Assembly (NCBI GenBank): GCA_034658655.1
Contig: JAYEFQ010000026.1
Span: 1 to 57,094 of the forward strand
Origin: Bacteroidota bacterium
GTDB lineage: Bacteria > Bacteroidota > Bacteroidia > Bacteroidales > ML635J-15
Direction of reading: 5' to 3'
Length of the DNA stretch: 57,094 nucleotides
This document shows positions 49,408 through 57,094 of this stretch, piece by piece. The translations under genes were made by a program, and so were the position numbers. Numbering within the stretch: the first letter of the stretch is position 1; every line of letters starts with the position of its first letter. Below the pieces are notes generated by a model. That model made no database searches. It was not told where the DNA came from and worked only from the letters and a program-made list of their open reading frames with translations.

Positions 49408-51282
49408 ATGAAACGTACAATCTCAATTTTATTTCTGAGCTTTTTGACAGTCGCTTTATATGCGACAAGTATTAACGGAACGGTAAAAAACAAAAATGGA
49501 GAATCTATTTCCGGCGCAGAAGTCAGTTTATTGCAATCCGGAAAACTTATTGCAAAAACAAATACCGACTCAAATGGCGTTTTTAGTTTTAAAAATCTCA
49601 ACTCGGGTCATTATCAAATGTATGCCGAAAAAAGCGGATACAAAAAAACCCTTCCACAAAGTCTAATCCTTACAAACAATGATAATAAAACCATCAATTT
49701 TGTATTAAAACCAATTGTAATCAAACCAGATAAAACAGAAATGGTTATTGAAGAATTAAGTATTGATGAAAATGATGCAGAAATGTCGATGAATTTTTCC
49801 ATATCACAACAACACAACAAATTAGGTAACGCAGGACGAAGCCAAAGCTTATACACTGCATATGAACAACCAGCTATTCAATATAATACTGAGGACTATA
49901 GTTTAATTGAAGAAAACCGCTTTCATTCTGCAAAAGACAATCCGTTATCTACTTTTTCTATTGATGTTGACAAAGCATCATATGCAAATGTGCGTCGCTT
50001 TATCAATCAAAACCAAATGCCACCAAAAGACGCAGTTAGGGTAGAGGAGTTAATCAATTACTTCGATTACGATTATGCTCAACCAACCGACGGACATCCC
50101 TTTGCATCACATCTTGAATATGGTGATTGCCCGTGGAATGAAAAACACAAACTATTAATGATTGGTTTAAAAGGAGAAGAAATTGAAAACGAGGATGTTC
50201 CGGCTTCAAACATAGTATTTCTGCTCGATGTATCCGGCTCAATGAATAGTCCGAACAAATTACCATTGCTTAAACGCTCTTTCGAAATTCTCATCGATAA
50301 ATTACGTCCTGAAGACAAAATTGCAATTGTGGTTTATGCAGGAAGTGCAGGAGCGGTTTTGCAATCAACCCCAGGAAACGAAAAAGCAAAAATTAAAGCA
50401 GCATTGAACAATCTAAGTGCCGGTGGTTCCACAGCAGGAGGCGCAGGAATTCAACTTGCATACAAAATTGCCAAAGAAAATTTCATTCAAGATGGAAACA
50501 ATCGAGTAATTCTTGCAACTGATGGTGATTTTAACATAGGTGCAAGCAGCGATGCAGAATTGGTGCGAATGATTGAAGAAAAACGTGATGATGGGGTTTA
50601 TCTCACAATTCTCGGCTTCGGAATGGGAAATTACAAGGACAATAAAATGGAGCAACTCTCAAACAAAGGAAATGGGAACTATGCCTATATTGATAATATT
50701 TTGGAGGCTAAGAAAATGTTTGCCGATGAGCTTTGGGGAACACTTTATACCATTGCAAAAGATGTGAAAATTCAAATCGAATTCAATCCAAATGTGGTGG
50801 AATCATACCGTTTAATCGGATATGAAAATCGTTTATTGAATGATGAAGATTTTAATGATGACAAAAAAGACGCAGGTGAAATTGGTGCAGGACATACTGT
50901 AACAGCCCTATATGAAATAATTCCTGCAGGAACCCGAGAAAAAAGCGGAAATGTTGATGAGTTAATCTATCAAAGCAGAAAACTTAAAAATTCCGCCGAT
51001 TTAATGACCTTAAAACTACGCTACAAAGCTCCAGATGAAAACACTAGCCAATTGATTACTAAAGCAGTGAAAGCAAACCCTGAATCTAAATTAAGTAACA
51101 ATTTCAAACTAGCATCTGCAGCAGCAATGTACGGTATGTTATTAAGAAACAGCGAACATAAAGCAAATGCAAGCTGGAAAAAAGCCATCGAATATGCAAA
51201 AGCCGCAAAAGCCGATGACAAATTTGGATATCGCACTGAATTTATAAGCCTCATACAAAAAGCAGAGTACTTGGCAAAGTAA
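49408..51282 (+). CDS. VWA-domain protein (YfbK-like) with an N-terminal carboxypeptidase-regulatory-like domain
   Basis: STFSIDVD.ASY, DVSGSM, LATDGDFN and YRLIGYENR motifs; signal peptide from ATG 49408. Confidence 0.88.
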   Translation: MKRTISILFLSFLTVALYATSINGTVKNKNGESISGAEVSLLQSGKLIAKTNTDSNGVFSFKNLNSGHYQMYAEKSGYKKTLPQSLILTNNDNKTINFVLKPIVIKPDKTEMVIEELSIDENDAEMSMNFSISQQHNKLGNAGRSQSLYTAYEQPAIQYNTEDYSLIEENRFHSAKDNPLSTFSIDVDKASYANVRRFINQNQMPPKDAVRVEELINYFDYDYAQPTDGHPFASHLEYGDCPWNEKHKLLMIGLKGEEIENEDVPASNIVFLLDVSGSMNSPNKLPLLKRSFEILIDKLRPEDKIAIVVYAGSAGAVLQSTPGNEKAKIKAALNNLSAGGSTAGGAGIQLAYKIAKENFIQDGNNRVILATDGDFNIGASSDAELVRMIEEKRDDGVYLTILGFGMGNYKDNKMEQLSNKGNGNYAYIDNILEAKKMFADELWGTLYTIAKDVKIQIEFNPNVVESYRLIGYENRLLNDEDFNDDKKDAGEIGAGHTVTALYEIIPAGTREKSGNVDELIYQSRKLKNSADLMTLKLRYKAPDENTSQLITKAVKANPESKLSNNFKLASAAAMYGMLLRNSEHKANASWKKAIEYAKAAKADDKFGYRTEFISLIQKAEYLAK

Positions 51283-51287
51283 AAATA

Positions 51288-51318
51288 AAGAATCCGGGTT
51301 TATCCCGGATTTTTTTTA
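51288..51318 (+). terminator. Intrinsic terminator
   Basis: aatccggg-ttta-tcccggatt followed by a T-run. Confidence 0.8.
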
Positions 51319-51399
51319 CAATTATTAAAAAAATAAATTAAACTTTACGGCATCAAATTTGTTTTGTATTTTTAGAGTCTAATTTTTAAAAGATAAAAT

Positions 51400-52062
51400 A
51401 TGTTACGTAATTTATTACTCTCGATGATTATTATTGTGTTTACAATACCTACAATGGCTCAAAAGTTTAAAGTAACAGAAACTAACAGCAAATTTGATAA
51501 AACTAGCCGACCTGCTCTTATGGTGGAAATCCCTTATGCCGACGAGAAAATGGTGGAAAAATCATGGAAAAAACTTGTGAAAAATTACAATCCCGAAAAA
51601 ATTAAAAGACATAAGGAAATATTTGCTGATAATGCTACCATCAATCGTCTTTCAGAAAACACAATAGATATTTATGCAAAAACCGATGAGAAAAAAAACA
51701 TTGTTACCCTTTTTGTTGCTGTTGACCTTGGAGGAACGTTTCTTAGTTCATCTGATGGAGATAAAATCCAGATAATGAAAGGAATTGTAAGAGACTTTGC
51801 AATCAACTTGGTTAAAGAAATTTACGATGAGAAAATCAAGGAACAAGAAAAGAATGTTAAGAATGTTGAAAAAGAGGTGAAAAGTGCCAAAGACAATAAA
51901 GCCCATCTTGAAAAGGAAATAAAATCCTATCAAGAGAAAATAGAAAACAATGAATTAGAAATTAAAAACCTAAGCAAAACAATTGAGGATCAAGGCGAAA
52001 AGCTAAAAGCTGAACAAAAAGTTTTAGATGAAATAAAAAAAGAAGCTAGAAAAATAAAGTAA
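51400..52062 (+). CDS. Hypothetical exported protein with a C-terminal coiled coil
   Basis: Signal peptide; K/E-rich heptad tail. Confidence 0.7.
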   Translation: MLRNLLLSMIIIVFTIPTMAQKFKVTETNSKFDKTSRPALMVEIPYADEKMVEKSWKKLVKNYNPEKIKRHKEIFADNATINRLSENTIDIYAKTDEKKNIVTLFVAVDLGGTFLSSSDGDKIQIMKGIVRDFAINLVKEIYDEKIKEQEKNVKNVEKEVKSAKDNKAHLEKEIKSYQEKIENNELEIKNLSKTIEDQGEKLKAEQKVLDEIKKEARKIK

Positions 52063-52067
52063 GTTTT

Positions 52068-52075
52068 TACCTTTG
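52068..52075 (+). promoter_or_regulatory. Bacteroidota -7 promoter box for purQ
   Basis: TACCTTTG upstream of the ATG at 52102. Confidence 0.55.
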
Positions 52076-52101
52076 TCATCAAAATCGCAACGCAAACAAA
52101 C

Positions 52102-52803
52102 ATGAAATTTGGTGTAATTATTTTTCCGGGATCAAATTGTGACCATGACATGGTCTATGTTTTACGAGACAAATTAAATCAGGAAGTGGTTGAGCTTTGG
52201 CACAAAGACACTAACTTACAATCTGTTGATGCAATCATGTTGCCCGGAGGATTTTCCTACGGTGATTATTTGCGTTCAGGAGCTATTGCACGCTACTCCC
52301 CGATTATGGAATCCGTTATTAAATTCGCCAATAATGGTGGCTTTGTTTTCGGAGTATGTAATGGTTTTCAAGTACTTTGTGAGGCCGGATTATTACCAGG
52401 AGCTTTACTTCATAACAACCACCAGAAATTTATTTGTAAAAACCAGCACATTGTTGCAGAGCAAAAACACAGCGCACTTACCGAATTTGTCCCGAACGAA
52501 AAAATTTTAACAATCCCTATTGCCCACGGTGAAGGACGATATTATGCTCCCAAAGAAATTCTTGCTGACATGATGCAAAATCATCAAATCATTTTCAGAT
52601 ACACGAATGAAGATGGAAAGCTCTCTGAAGAAGGAAATCCAAATGGTTCGAGCATGAATATAGCTGGAGTTTGTAATCAATCCGAAAATGTGTTCGGTAT
52701 GATGCCGCACCCAGAACGTGCTGCTGATGAAGACTTGGGAAATACTGACGGATTATTTATTCTTCATTCGATTATTCATCATCTTGAGTCGAAGAAGGCT
52801 TAG
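52102..52803 (+). CDS. purQ: Phosphoribosylformylglycinamidine synthase subunit I
   Basis: FPGSNCD, PGGFSYGDYLR, GVCNGFQ and MMPHPER motifs. Confidence 0.97.
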   Translation: MKFGVIIFPGSNCDHDMVYVLRDKLNQEVVELWHKDTNLQSVDAIMLPGGFSYGDYLRSGAIARYSPIMESVIKFANNGGFVFGVCNGFQVLCEAGLLPGALLHNNHQKFICKNQHIVAEQKHSALTEFVPNEKILTIPIAHGEGRYYAPKEILADMMQNHQIIFRYTNEDGKLSEEGNPNGSSMNIAGVCNQSENVFGMMPHPERAADEDLGNTDGLFILHSIIHHLESKKA

Positions 52804-53869
52804 TACGCATTATTTCTGATTGCACACGAATTGCCTCTTTATGGATAGACTGCAAAAGCTTTAACACATAAGACCTCGATAAGTTATTCGTCTCAGCATA
52901 ATCTAAACGTGTTTGTAAAATTGACTCCCAGCGCTGTAATTGCAATATATTTACATTCATTTCCGATTTGCATTTTGCAATCCCTTTAACAATATCCTGT
53001 CGCTGAGACAACAAATCAATTAACTGATAATCAATATTGTCAATTTCTTTTCTAAGTTGCTCAATACGTGCCGAATAAGCATGGTCATCAAATTGATTTT
53101 CCCGAATGAAAAGCTGTTTCAACAATGAGATAAGCCCTGAAGGAAGCATCTGCTGAGCCCTGTCTGTCAATGCTTGCCTCGGATTTTCATGCACCTCAAT
53201 CATTAAACCTGCCATGTTTAAATCCATTGCATGTTGAGAAATAGTTTCTATATGATTGGTTTTCCCAGCAATATGACTTGGATCGCAAATAATCGGTAAA
53301 TCTTTATGCCGCAATTGTAACTCAATAGGGATTTCCCACAAAGGCAAATTTCTAAAAGCTGTTTTCTCAAATGGATAAAATCCTCGGTGTACAGCAGCTA
53401 CATCATTAATTCCTGCATCATAAAAACGCTGAATTGCACCACACCACAAATCAATATCCGGATGCAACGGGTTTTTAATCATAATTTTCACATCATAACC
53501 TTTCACCGCCTCTGCAATTTCCTGAACATACAATGGACTACCTGTTGTTCTTGCTCCAATCCATAAAACATCAATACCTGCGTCAATTACTTTTTTTGCA
53601 TGATTTGCTGTCGCAACTTCTGTCGCAACAAGCAATCCAGTTTCCTGCTTTACTTTTTGCAACCATTTTAATCCTTTATCACCAGCACCTTCAAAATGTC
53701 CAGGCTTAGTTCTCGGCTTCCAAATACCTGCTCTAAAAATTTTCACAGCATCTAATTGTGCAAGTGCTTTCGCTGTATTTAATACCTGCATCTCTGATTC
53801 CGCACTACACGGGCCGGCAATTATAAGCGGTCGCTTCATCGTATGAAAATATCCCTGAACCAAATTCAT
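52772..53869 (-). CDS. Bifunctional DAHP synthase / chorismate mutase type II
   Basis: IAGPCSAE, WKPRT, IGART and DPSH motifs; C-terminal LRKEID..D chorismate mutase domain. Confidence 0.92.
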   Translation of the reverse strand: MNLVQGYFHTMKRPLIIAGPCSAESEMQVLNTAKALAQLDAVKIFRAGIWKPRTKPGHFEGAGDKGLKWLQKVKQETGLLVATEVATANHAKKVIDAGIDVLWIGARTTGSPLYVQEIAEAVKGYDVKIMIKNPLHPDIDLWCGAIQRFYDAGINDVAAVHRGFYPFEKTAFRNLPLWEIPIELQLRHKDLPIICDPSHIAGKTNHIETISQHAMDLNMAGLMIEVHENPRQALTDRAQQMLPSGLISLLKQLFIRENQFDDHAYSARIEQLRKEIDNIDYQLIDLLSQRQDIVKGIAKCKSEMNVNILQLQRWESILQTRLDYAETNNLSRSYVLKLLQSIHKEAIRVQSEIMRTKPSSTQDDE

Positions 53870-53996
53870 AAACTCATTTTTTCACAAATTACGTGAATTA
53901 TTACAAAACTCAACGCAGAAAATTAAAAAATTATCTTTTATATTGAATGAAAAACTGTAACTTTATGCCGAAATTGTAATCAAAACAATGTAAGTT

Positions 53997-55019
53997 ATGT
54001 CTTCACGTATCATCACATTAAATGAAGTTATTATTCAAAAACAATCCGCCTTTCCCTATGCTAAAGGAGAATTAAGTCGCTTATTAAGCCACCTTGGATT
54101 GGCAGCAAAAATTGTCGCGAAAAAAGTAAATAAAGCAGGATTAGTAAATATCCTCGGCGATGCAAAAAATGTAAATGTACAGGGTGAAAATCAACAAAAG
54201 CTGGATGTTTTTGCAAATGAGGTTTTTATTAACACCATGCGTGCGAGTGGAATTTGTGTCGGAATTACTTCAGAAGAAAATGATGAAATGATACTTTTCG
54301 ATGATGACCTTTCTCTTGACGGGAAGTACATAATCTCCATGGATCCACTTGATGGCTCATCAAATATTGATGTAAACGTATCAATCGGAACAATTTTCTC
54401 AATTTATCGTCGCGTTTCTCTAAGAGGAGAAAAAGCAACGCTTGAGGATTTCTTACAACCAGGAAATAAACAAGTCGCTGCTGGATATGTCCTTTACGGA
54501 TCATCAACAATGATGGTTTACTCTACTGGTCTTGGCACAACAGGCTTTACACTCGACAATACAATCGGAGAATTTTGTTTGTCTCACCCCTATATAGTCA
54601 CACCAAAACAAGGAAAAATATTTTCAGTAAACCAAGGAAATTTTATCAACTTTCCACAAGGAACTAAAGAATACATAAAATATTGTCAGGAAAAAGATAA
54701 TGCAACTAATCGACCCTATTCTGCAAGATATATTGGGTCGCTCGTGGCAGATTTTCATAGAAATTTAATGAAAGGCGGTGTATTTATGTATCCGAAAACT
54801 GCAAGTGCTCCAACAGGAAAACTTCGATTACTGTATGAATGTAATCCCATTGCATTTCTAGCCGAACAAGCAGGCGGACTAGCAACAGACGGTTTAGGAA
54901 ATCGGATATTGGACATTCAACCAACTGATATTCACCAACGTGTGCCATTTTATACAGGATCAAAAGATATGGTACAAAAAGCTGAAGAATTCATGGAAAA
55001 GCATAAAAATCAAGATTAA
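53997..55019 (+). CDS. fbp: Class 1 fructose-1,6-bisphosphatase
   Basis: [23 protein letters not shown] and [11 protein letters not shown] motifs. Confidence 0.97.
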   Translation: MSSRIITLNEVIIQKQSAFPYAKGELSRLLSHLGLAAKIVAKKVNKAGLVNILGDAKNVNVQGENQQKLDVFANEVFINTMRASGICVGITSEENDEMILFDDDLSLDGKYIISMDPLDGSSNIDVNVSIGTIFSIYRRVSLRGEKATLEDFLQPGNKQVAAGYVLYGSSTMMVYSTGLGTTGFTLDNTIGEFCLSHPYIVTPKQGKIFSVNQGNFINFPQGTKEYIKYCQEKDNATNRPYSARYIGSLVADFHRNLMKGGVFMYPKTASAPTGKLRLLYECNPIAFLAEQAGGLATDGLGNRILDIQPTDIHQRVPFYTGSKDMVQKAEEFMEKHKNQD

Positions 55020-55040
55020 TTATTAGAAATTACACATATT

Positions 55041-55076
55041 AATGTCCTCAAATTGCAATTACTTGGGGCATTTTTT
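55041..55076 (+). terminator. Intrinsic terminator after fbp
   Basis: aatgtcctcaa...ttggggcatt followed by a T-run. Confidence 0.6.
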
Positions 55077-55127
55077 ATTTCACAGAAAAGAATCAAATAA
55101 AAATTTTCATTTTACAAATCAAAAAAC

Positions 55128-55135
55128 TATCTTTG
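55128..55135 (+). promoter_or_regulatory. Bacteroidota -7 promoter box for rpsP-rimM
   Basis: TATCTTTG(C). Confidence 0.65.
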
Positions 55136-55179
55136 CAGCCCTGTTTAAAATTAAGTAATAATAACTAAAGTTAAAGTTT

Positions 55180-55827
55180 ATGTCAGTAAAGCTTAGATTA
55201 GCACGGCACGGTAGAAAAAGACTTCCTTTCTATCATATCGTTGTCGCAGATAGCAGGACACCACGAGATGGTAAGTATATTGAACGGATTGGTTCTTACA
55301 CTCCGGTTACTACACCTGCCACTATTGAGCTGGATTTCGAGAAAGCACTCGAGTGGCTTCAAAAAGGTGCCAAACCTTCAGATACTGTAAGGGCTATCTT
55401 ATCGCAGGAAGGCGTATTAATGAAAAAACACCTACTCGAAGGAGTAAGAAAAAATGCTTTCGATGAAGCTGAAGCAGATCGTCGTTATGAAATTTGGAGA
55501 AAAGACAAAGATCTCAAACTAAAAGCAGCACAAGATGAAATCTTGAACGCTAAAGAGTCAGAGAAGAAAGCCAAATTTGATGCCGAAGCAAAACTTCGTG
55601 AAGAACGCGAAAAAGTAATAGCTGAACGCCTCGCCAAAGAGCAAGCAGTTCGTAAAGAAGCTGAAGATGAAGCTAAGGCTAAGGCAGAAGCTGAAGCGAA
55701 CGCAAAAAAAGAAACTGAAGAAAAACCAGAAGAAAAAACGGAAAATAAAACTGAAGAAGCTCCGAAAGAAGAAGAAAAAGTAGAGGAGAAAAAAGAAGAA
55801 GCTTCTGATGAAAAAACCGAAAAATAG
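55180..55827 (+). CDS. rpsP: 30S ribosomal protein S16 with a charged C-terminal extension
   Basis: VKLRLAR.GRK..PFYHIVVADSR.PRDG motif. Confidence 0.97.
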   Translation: MSVKLRLARHGRKRLPFYHIVVADSRTPRDGKYIERIGSYTPVTTPATIELDFEKALEWLQKGAKPSDTVRAILSQEGVLMKKHLLEGVRKNAFDEAEADRRYEIWRKDKDLKLKAAQDEILNAKESEKKAKFDAEAKLREEREKVIAERLAKEQAVRKEAEDEAKAKAEAEANAKKETEEKPEEKTENKTEEAPKEEEKVEEKKEEASDEKTEK

Positions 55828-55845
55828 TTTGTATTTGTTTTACTA

Positions 55846-56382
55846 ATGATTCAGCGAGTTAATTTTGTAGAGATTGGATATTTGAAGAAGCTGATCGGAA
55901 CAGACGGAACGTTTCTTGTAAAACTTATAATAAAACAAACAAACGAATGGTTTTTAACTGAAAAGGAACCGATTTTCATTGAAATAGATGGAAATCTGGT
56001 TCCTTTTTTTATGGATAACATTAAACAACACGAAACGGAACCGCTCATCCATTTCGACTCCATTTTAAGCAGAGAAAAAGCAACCAATTTTTTGGAAATG
56101 CCCTGCTTCTACGATAAAAAACAACTTACAAACGCAGACAAAACCTCCAGCATTGAACATCTCAGTGGATACACCTTAATTGACAAATCTGCAGGAGTAA
56201 AATTTAAAATTACAAACGTAAATTTAATACCTGGAAATCCGATTTTGGAAATTGAGTTCAAAGACACGACGATTGATATCCCACTAATCAGCGAGGCAAT
56301 TCTTTCTTACGATACCGAAAAACAAATTATTTACACCGAATATCCTGAAGGATTACTGCAAAGTCTGATGGATATGGAGTAA
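55846..56382 (+). CDS. rimM: 16S rRNA processing protein RimM
   Basis: IG...K..G..G, LVPFF and PEGLL motifs; downstream of rpsP. Confidence 0.85.
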   Translation: MIQRVNFVEIGYLKKLIGTDGTFLVKLIIKQTNEWFLTEKEPIFIEIDGNLVPFFMDNIKQHETEPLIHFDSILSREKATNFLEMPCFYDKKQLTNADKTSSIEHLSGYTLIDKSAGVKFKITNVNLIPGNPILEIEFKDTTIDIPLISEAILSYDTEKQIIYTEYPEGLLQSLMDME

Positions 56383-56436
56383 TTCTTTCCAGAAAAAACG
56401 CAACTGAATTTTGCTGTAAAAAAAATAGAGCTTGGA

Positions 56437-57094
56437 TCACAAATCCCGTATCTTTTTCACTAAAAAATCTGCAAGTTTTATTTTAGACTCCACCGTCCAT
56501 CCAGCAATATGAGGTGAAAACAGTACATTATTTCGTTGCGCTAAATTTACGAAATCAATAATTTCAGTAAGCTGTTTTGTACGTTCAAATGAGGATTCTT
56601 CATACTCAAGTACATCTAAACCAGCAGCAAAGACCTTCCCTGTATCCAAGGCTTCAAGCAAAGCAGCAGTCTTAACCACAGGACCACGTGCTGTATTAAT
56701 TAAAACAATTGGTTTTTCAAAAGAAGCAAACCATTCCTCGTTGACTAGATAATAATTATCATCATCCAGTGGAATGTGCAAAGACACAACATCTGCTTGT
56801 GCAAAAATTTCCGCTTTGCTTACTTCCTCAACATATGAAGGAGTATAATTTGTTTTGTTTTTGTCATATGCAATCAGCTTACAATCGAAGCCTTGAAGTC
56901 GCTGTGCAAATGCAGAGCCCATATTTCCAAAACCAATAATCCCAATGGTTTTTCCTTTGATTTCCCAACCACGATTTGCTTCTCGCTCCCAAATTCCCTG
57001 ACGCACCTGACGGTCAGCTCTGTTCAGATTGTTCGATAAATTCAGTAGCATTCCCAAGGCATGCTCGGCAACGGCATCACGATTTCCCTCGGGT
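56437..57094 (-). CDS. D-isomer-specific 2-hydroxyacid dehydrogenase, partial (5' end outside the window)
   Basis: GIIGFGNMG, NTARG, LDVLEYE and SPHIAG motifs; frame stays open to the window edge (PEGNRDAVAEH). Confidence 0.88.
   Translation of the reverse strand, partial: PEGNRDAVAEHALGMLLNLSNNLNRADRQVRQGIWEREANRGWEIKGKTIGIIGFGNMGSAFAQRLQGFDCKLIAYDKNKTNYTPSYVEEVSKAEIFAQADVVSLHIPLDDDNYYLVNEEWFASFEKPIVLINTARGPVVKTAALLEALDTGKVFAAGLDVLEYEESSFERTKQLTEIIDFVNLAQRNNVLFSPHIAGWTVESKIKLADFLVKKIRDL

Noticed and set aside
55450-55827. Long E/K/A-rich tail on S16 as a novelty
   Set aside because: Extended S16 is normal in Bacteroidota
499-56087. Numerous 60-160 aa ORFs nested in or antisense to long genes
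   Set aside because: Shadow ORFs of well-supported CDSs without recognisable motifs

Overview
Chromosomal segment of an AT-rich Bacteroidota organism, probably a Bacteroidales/Marinilabiliales-type anaerobe. The assignment is inferred from T9SS C-terminal domains, TAnnTTTG promoter boxes, a long-tailed S16 and a DAHP synthase-chorismate mutase fusion. Housekeeping genes include guaA, uvrC, tnaA, serC-serA-DUF1015, clpS-nfeD-floA, comF, purQ, fbp, rpsP and rimM. Three large T9SS cargo genes lie among them, one carrying a peptidoglycan amidase domain. The main accessory feature is a ~15 kb minus-strand island (23961-38675) encoding a cytoplasmic NAD-linked formate dehydrogenase (NuoE/NuoF/FdhA-type), a WtpABC tungstate/molybdate transporter interrupted by an uncharacterised tandem molybdopterin-fold lipoprotein, and an atypical cofactor pathway. 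That pathway has no moaD/moaE/moeB in the cluster, a Cys-less MOSC-MogA fusion, a shortened MoaA and an FdhD lacking its Cys loop. Intergenic DNA is rich in miniature repeat elements. These include a dispersed ~105-bp family, 135-bp direct repeats bracketing a T9SS gene, inverted octamer arrays around a four-helix-bundle gene and an IS110 remnant. A candidate leader peptide precedes tnaA, and a methyltransferase gene carries an internal stop. No rRNA, tRNA or CRISPR array was seen. All calls come from reading the sequence; no searches were run.
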